NCBI GenBank assembly: GCA_007376485.1
Contig: VMGJ01000002.1
Coordinates: 15,134 to 79,133 of the forward strand
DNA length: 64,000 nucleotides
Direction of reading: 5' to 3'
Source of the DNA: Parcubacteria group bacterium Licking1014_17
Lineage (GTDB): Bacteria > Patescibacteriota > Minisyncoccia > 2-02-FULL-40-12 > IGHO2-01-FULL-4-A
A program made the position numbers and the translations under genes. Of the stretch, positions 62,726 through 64,000 are shown one piece after another. How positions within the stretch are numbered: the stretch's first letter is position 1; each line of letters starts with the position of its first letter. The notes under the pieces are model-generated. The model saw only the letters and a program-made list of their open reading frames with translations, searched no databases and had not been told where the DNA came from.

Positions 62726-63235
62726 GTGGAAAAAACGAAAGTTGACTGGAAGGTTATCAAGTCGTTTTTCTTTGAGGCAATGCTCAAAGGGTGGGTTGAT
62801 GGTTTTGAAGTCAAACCTGACTACCTCGGCCTCTATGAGATATCCCACACCAACCAGGAGGGTACTCTACTACTCAAAGATAAGTGGCACGCCCCGGGCG
62901 ATAAGTTCTTTGGTTCAACGCGGATATGGGTAAGGAATGGGGATTGGGTCTTGATCTAGGCAATGGCCTATATGGGTTCATACCCCAAAGAAATAAACCC
63001 ATTTCTTAGGAACGCCCTAAAAAACGCCTACCAAAGCAGAAGATTTCACGGGGGTCGTGGGTTCATGTACAGTGGTAATATCGATGGGAAACATTACCGC
63101 TACGAAAACGAAAGCTACCCCGATACGATCTGGGAATTCCATGGAAGTGAGACAATTTTTGAACGGAAATGGACAGACCGTGAAGTAGAAGATAGAGTCG
63201 GGGGATGTACTTTTTTCGGCGGGTCAATGATTTAA
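62726..63235 (+). pseudogene. DUF5680-like protein split by an in-frame amber codon
   Basis: The two ORFs are in one frame, joined as ...GSTRIW...VLI-TAG-AMAYMGSY...FL..AL...Y....F.GGRG...F.G.E.I. Confidence 0.6.
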
Positions 63236-63321
63236 ACACCTCTGAATCTCCCTGTTTACGGCTGCGGCTTCGCGCGCAGCCGTTTTCATTTTTCCAAATA
63301 ATTGGTATAAAATATCTGTAT

Positions 63322-63406
63322 GCCTGGGTGGCGGAACTGGCAGACGCGCACGACTCAAAATCGTGTGCCGCAAGGCATGGGAGTTCGACTCTCCCCCCAG
63401 GCACCA
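63322..63406 (+). tRNA. tRNA-Leu(CAA)
   Basis: GCCTGGG/CCCAGGC acceptor, CACGA-CTCAAAA-TCGTG anticodon arm, long variable arm, TTCGA, ACCA. Confidence 0.96.
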
Positions 63407-63475
63407 AATGTAACTTCGTTTTTTTATTTTCCTAAATGTGTTAAGATATTTTTAATAAAATAAACCTAATATAAT

Positions 63476-63955
63476 ATGCCAATGGAAAAACCAGATTTAA
63501 ATTCGGGGGACGAAGGGAATAAAGATAAAAAAGAAAGTATTGAGGAACCCCATTATGAAGAAGCGATAGTTAAGGGTGTTGATTTAAGAGCCGGTTGGAA
63601 TGAAAGAAGAAAACAACATGAAATAAGATTTATTCAAATTGACACGGAGAAAAAATATGCGCTTGAATCCATTGAAAAAGCCATAAAAAATCGGCAGGGA
63701 GGCAATTTTGACGTGAGCGCAGAGATAGCAAGAAAGGCGGTCATTGAGGCAGCTAAAGAGATAATAAAAATATCCGACGACATCAAAGACACTGATTTGG
63801 CGCGCAAAGTTATGGAAAAAGCGAAAGAGATAGCGCTCGAAAATGCGCGAAAAAAAGACAAGGGTTTACCCGGCGGCGCCCCATTGGCTAATGCCGACCC
63901 CTATGAAGTATCCTTGAAAGTAGAGGAATTCGTGAAAACTCTCAAAAACTCCTGA
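63476..63955 (+). CDS. Hypothetical charged protein
   Basis: 159-aa Glu/Lys-rich ORF. Confidence 0.55.
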   Translation: MPMEKPDLNSGDEGNKDKKESIEEPHYEEAIVKGVDLRAGWNERRKQHEIRFIQIDTEKKYALESIEKAIKNRQGGNFDVSAEIARKAVIEAAKEIIKISDDIKDTDLARKVMEKAKEIALENARKKDKGLPGGAPLANADPYEVSLKVEEFVKTLKNS

Positions 63956-64000
63956 TTATTTTTTCCGCGCCGCGTTTTATAGCAATCGCCGTGAGTATCC

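Overview
This window looks like chromosomal DNA from a Patescibacteria/CPR (Parcubacteria-like) bacterium using genetic code 11. The taxon is an inference from the gene repertoire, the split comEC and the short non-Shine-Dalgarno leaders. Core genes are typA, rpoD, dnaG, rpsL-rpsG-fusA, rpmB, ndk, comEC, gatCA, ligA, a full type IV pilus cluster, comF and parAB. Accessory content includes two ECF sigma/anti-sigma modules, a MacAB-like exporter, a sortase plus LPNTG surface-protein operon with repeat-built secreted paralogs, and a small island at the 3' end of tRNA-Asn (HepT/MntA toxin-antitoxin, DUF3800, AlbA_2). The most unusual signals are non-coding. (1) An intact tRNA-Pro(GGG) is nested, within inverted repeats, in the anticodon loop of a second, different tRNA-Pro-like gene (40001-40232). 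(2) A tRNA-Asn(GUU) is split by a 265-nt group I intron inside the anticodon. (3) A ~145-bp multibranched element occurs in three copies with compensatory changes, each just after a stop codon. (4) A 24-bp palindromic unit is expanded five times in-frame inside ligA and also appears inside the intron. All calls come from reading the sequence; no database searches or folding programs were run.
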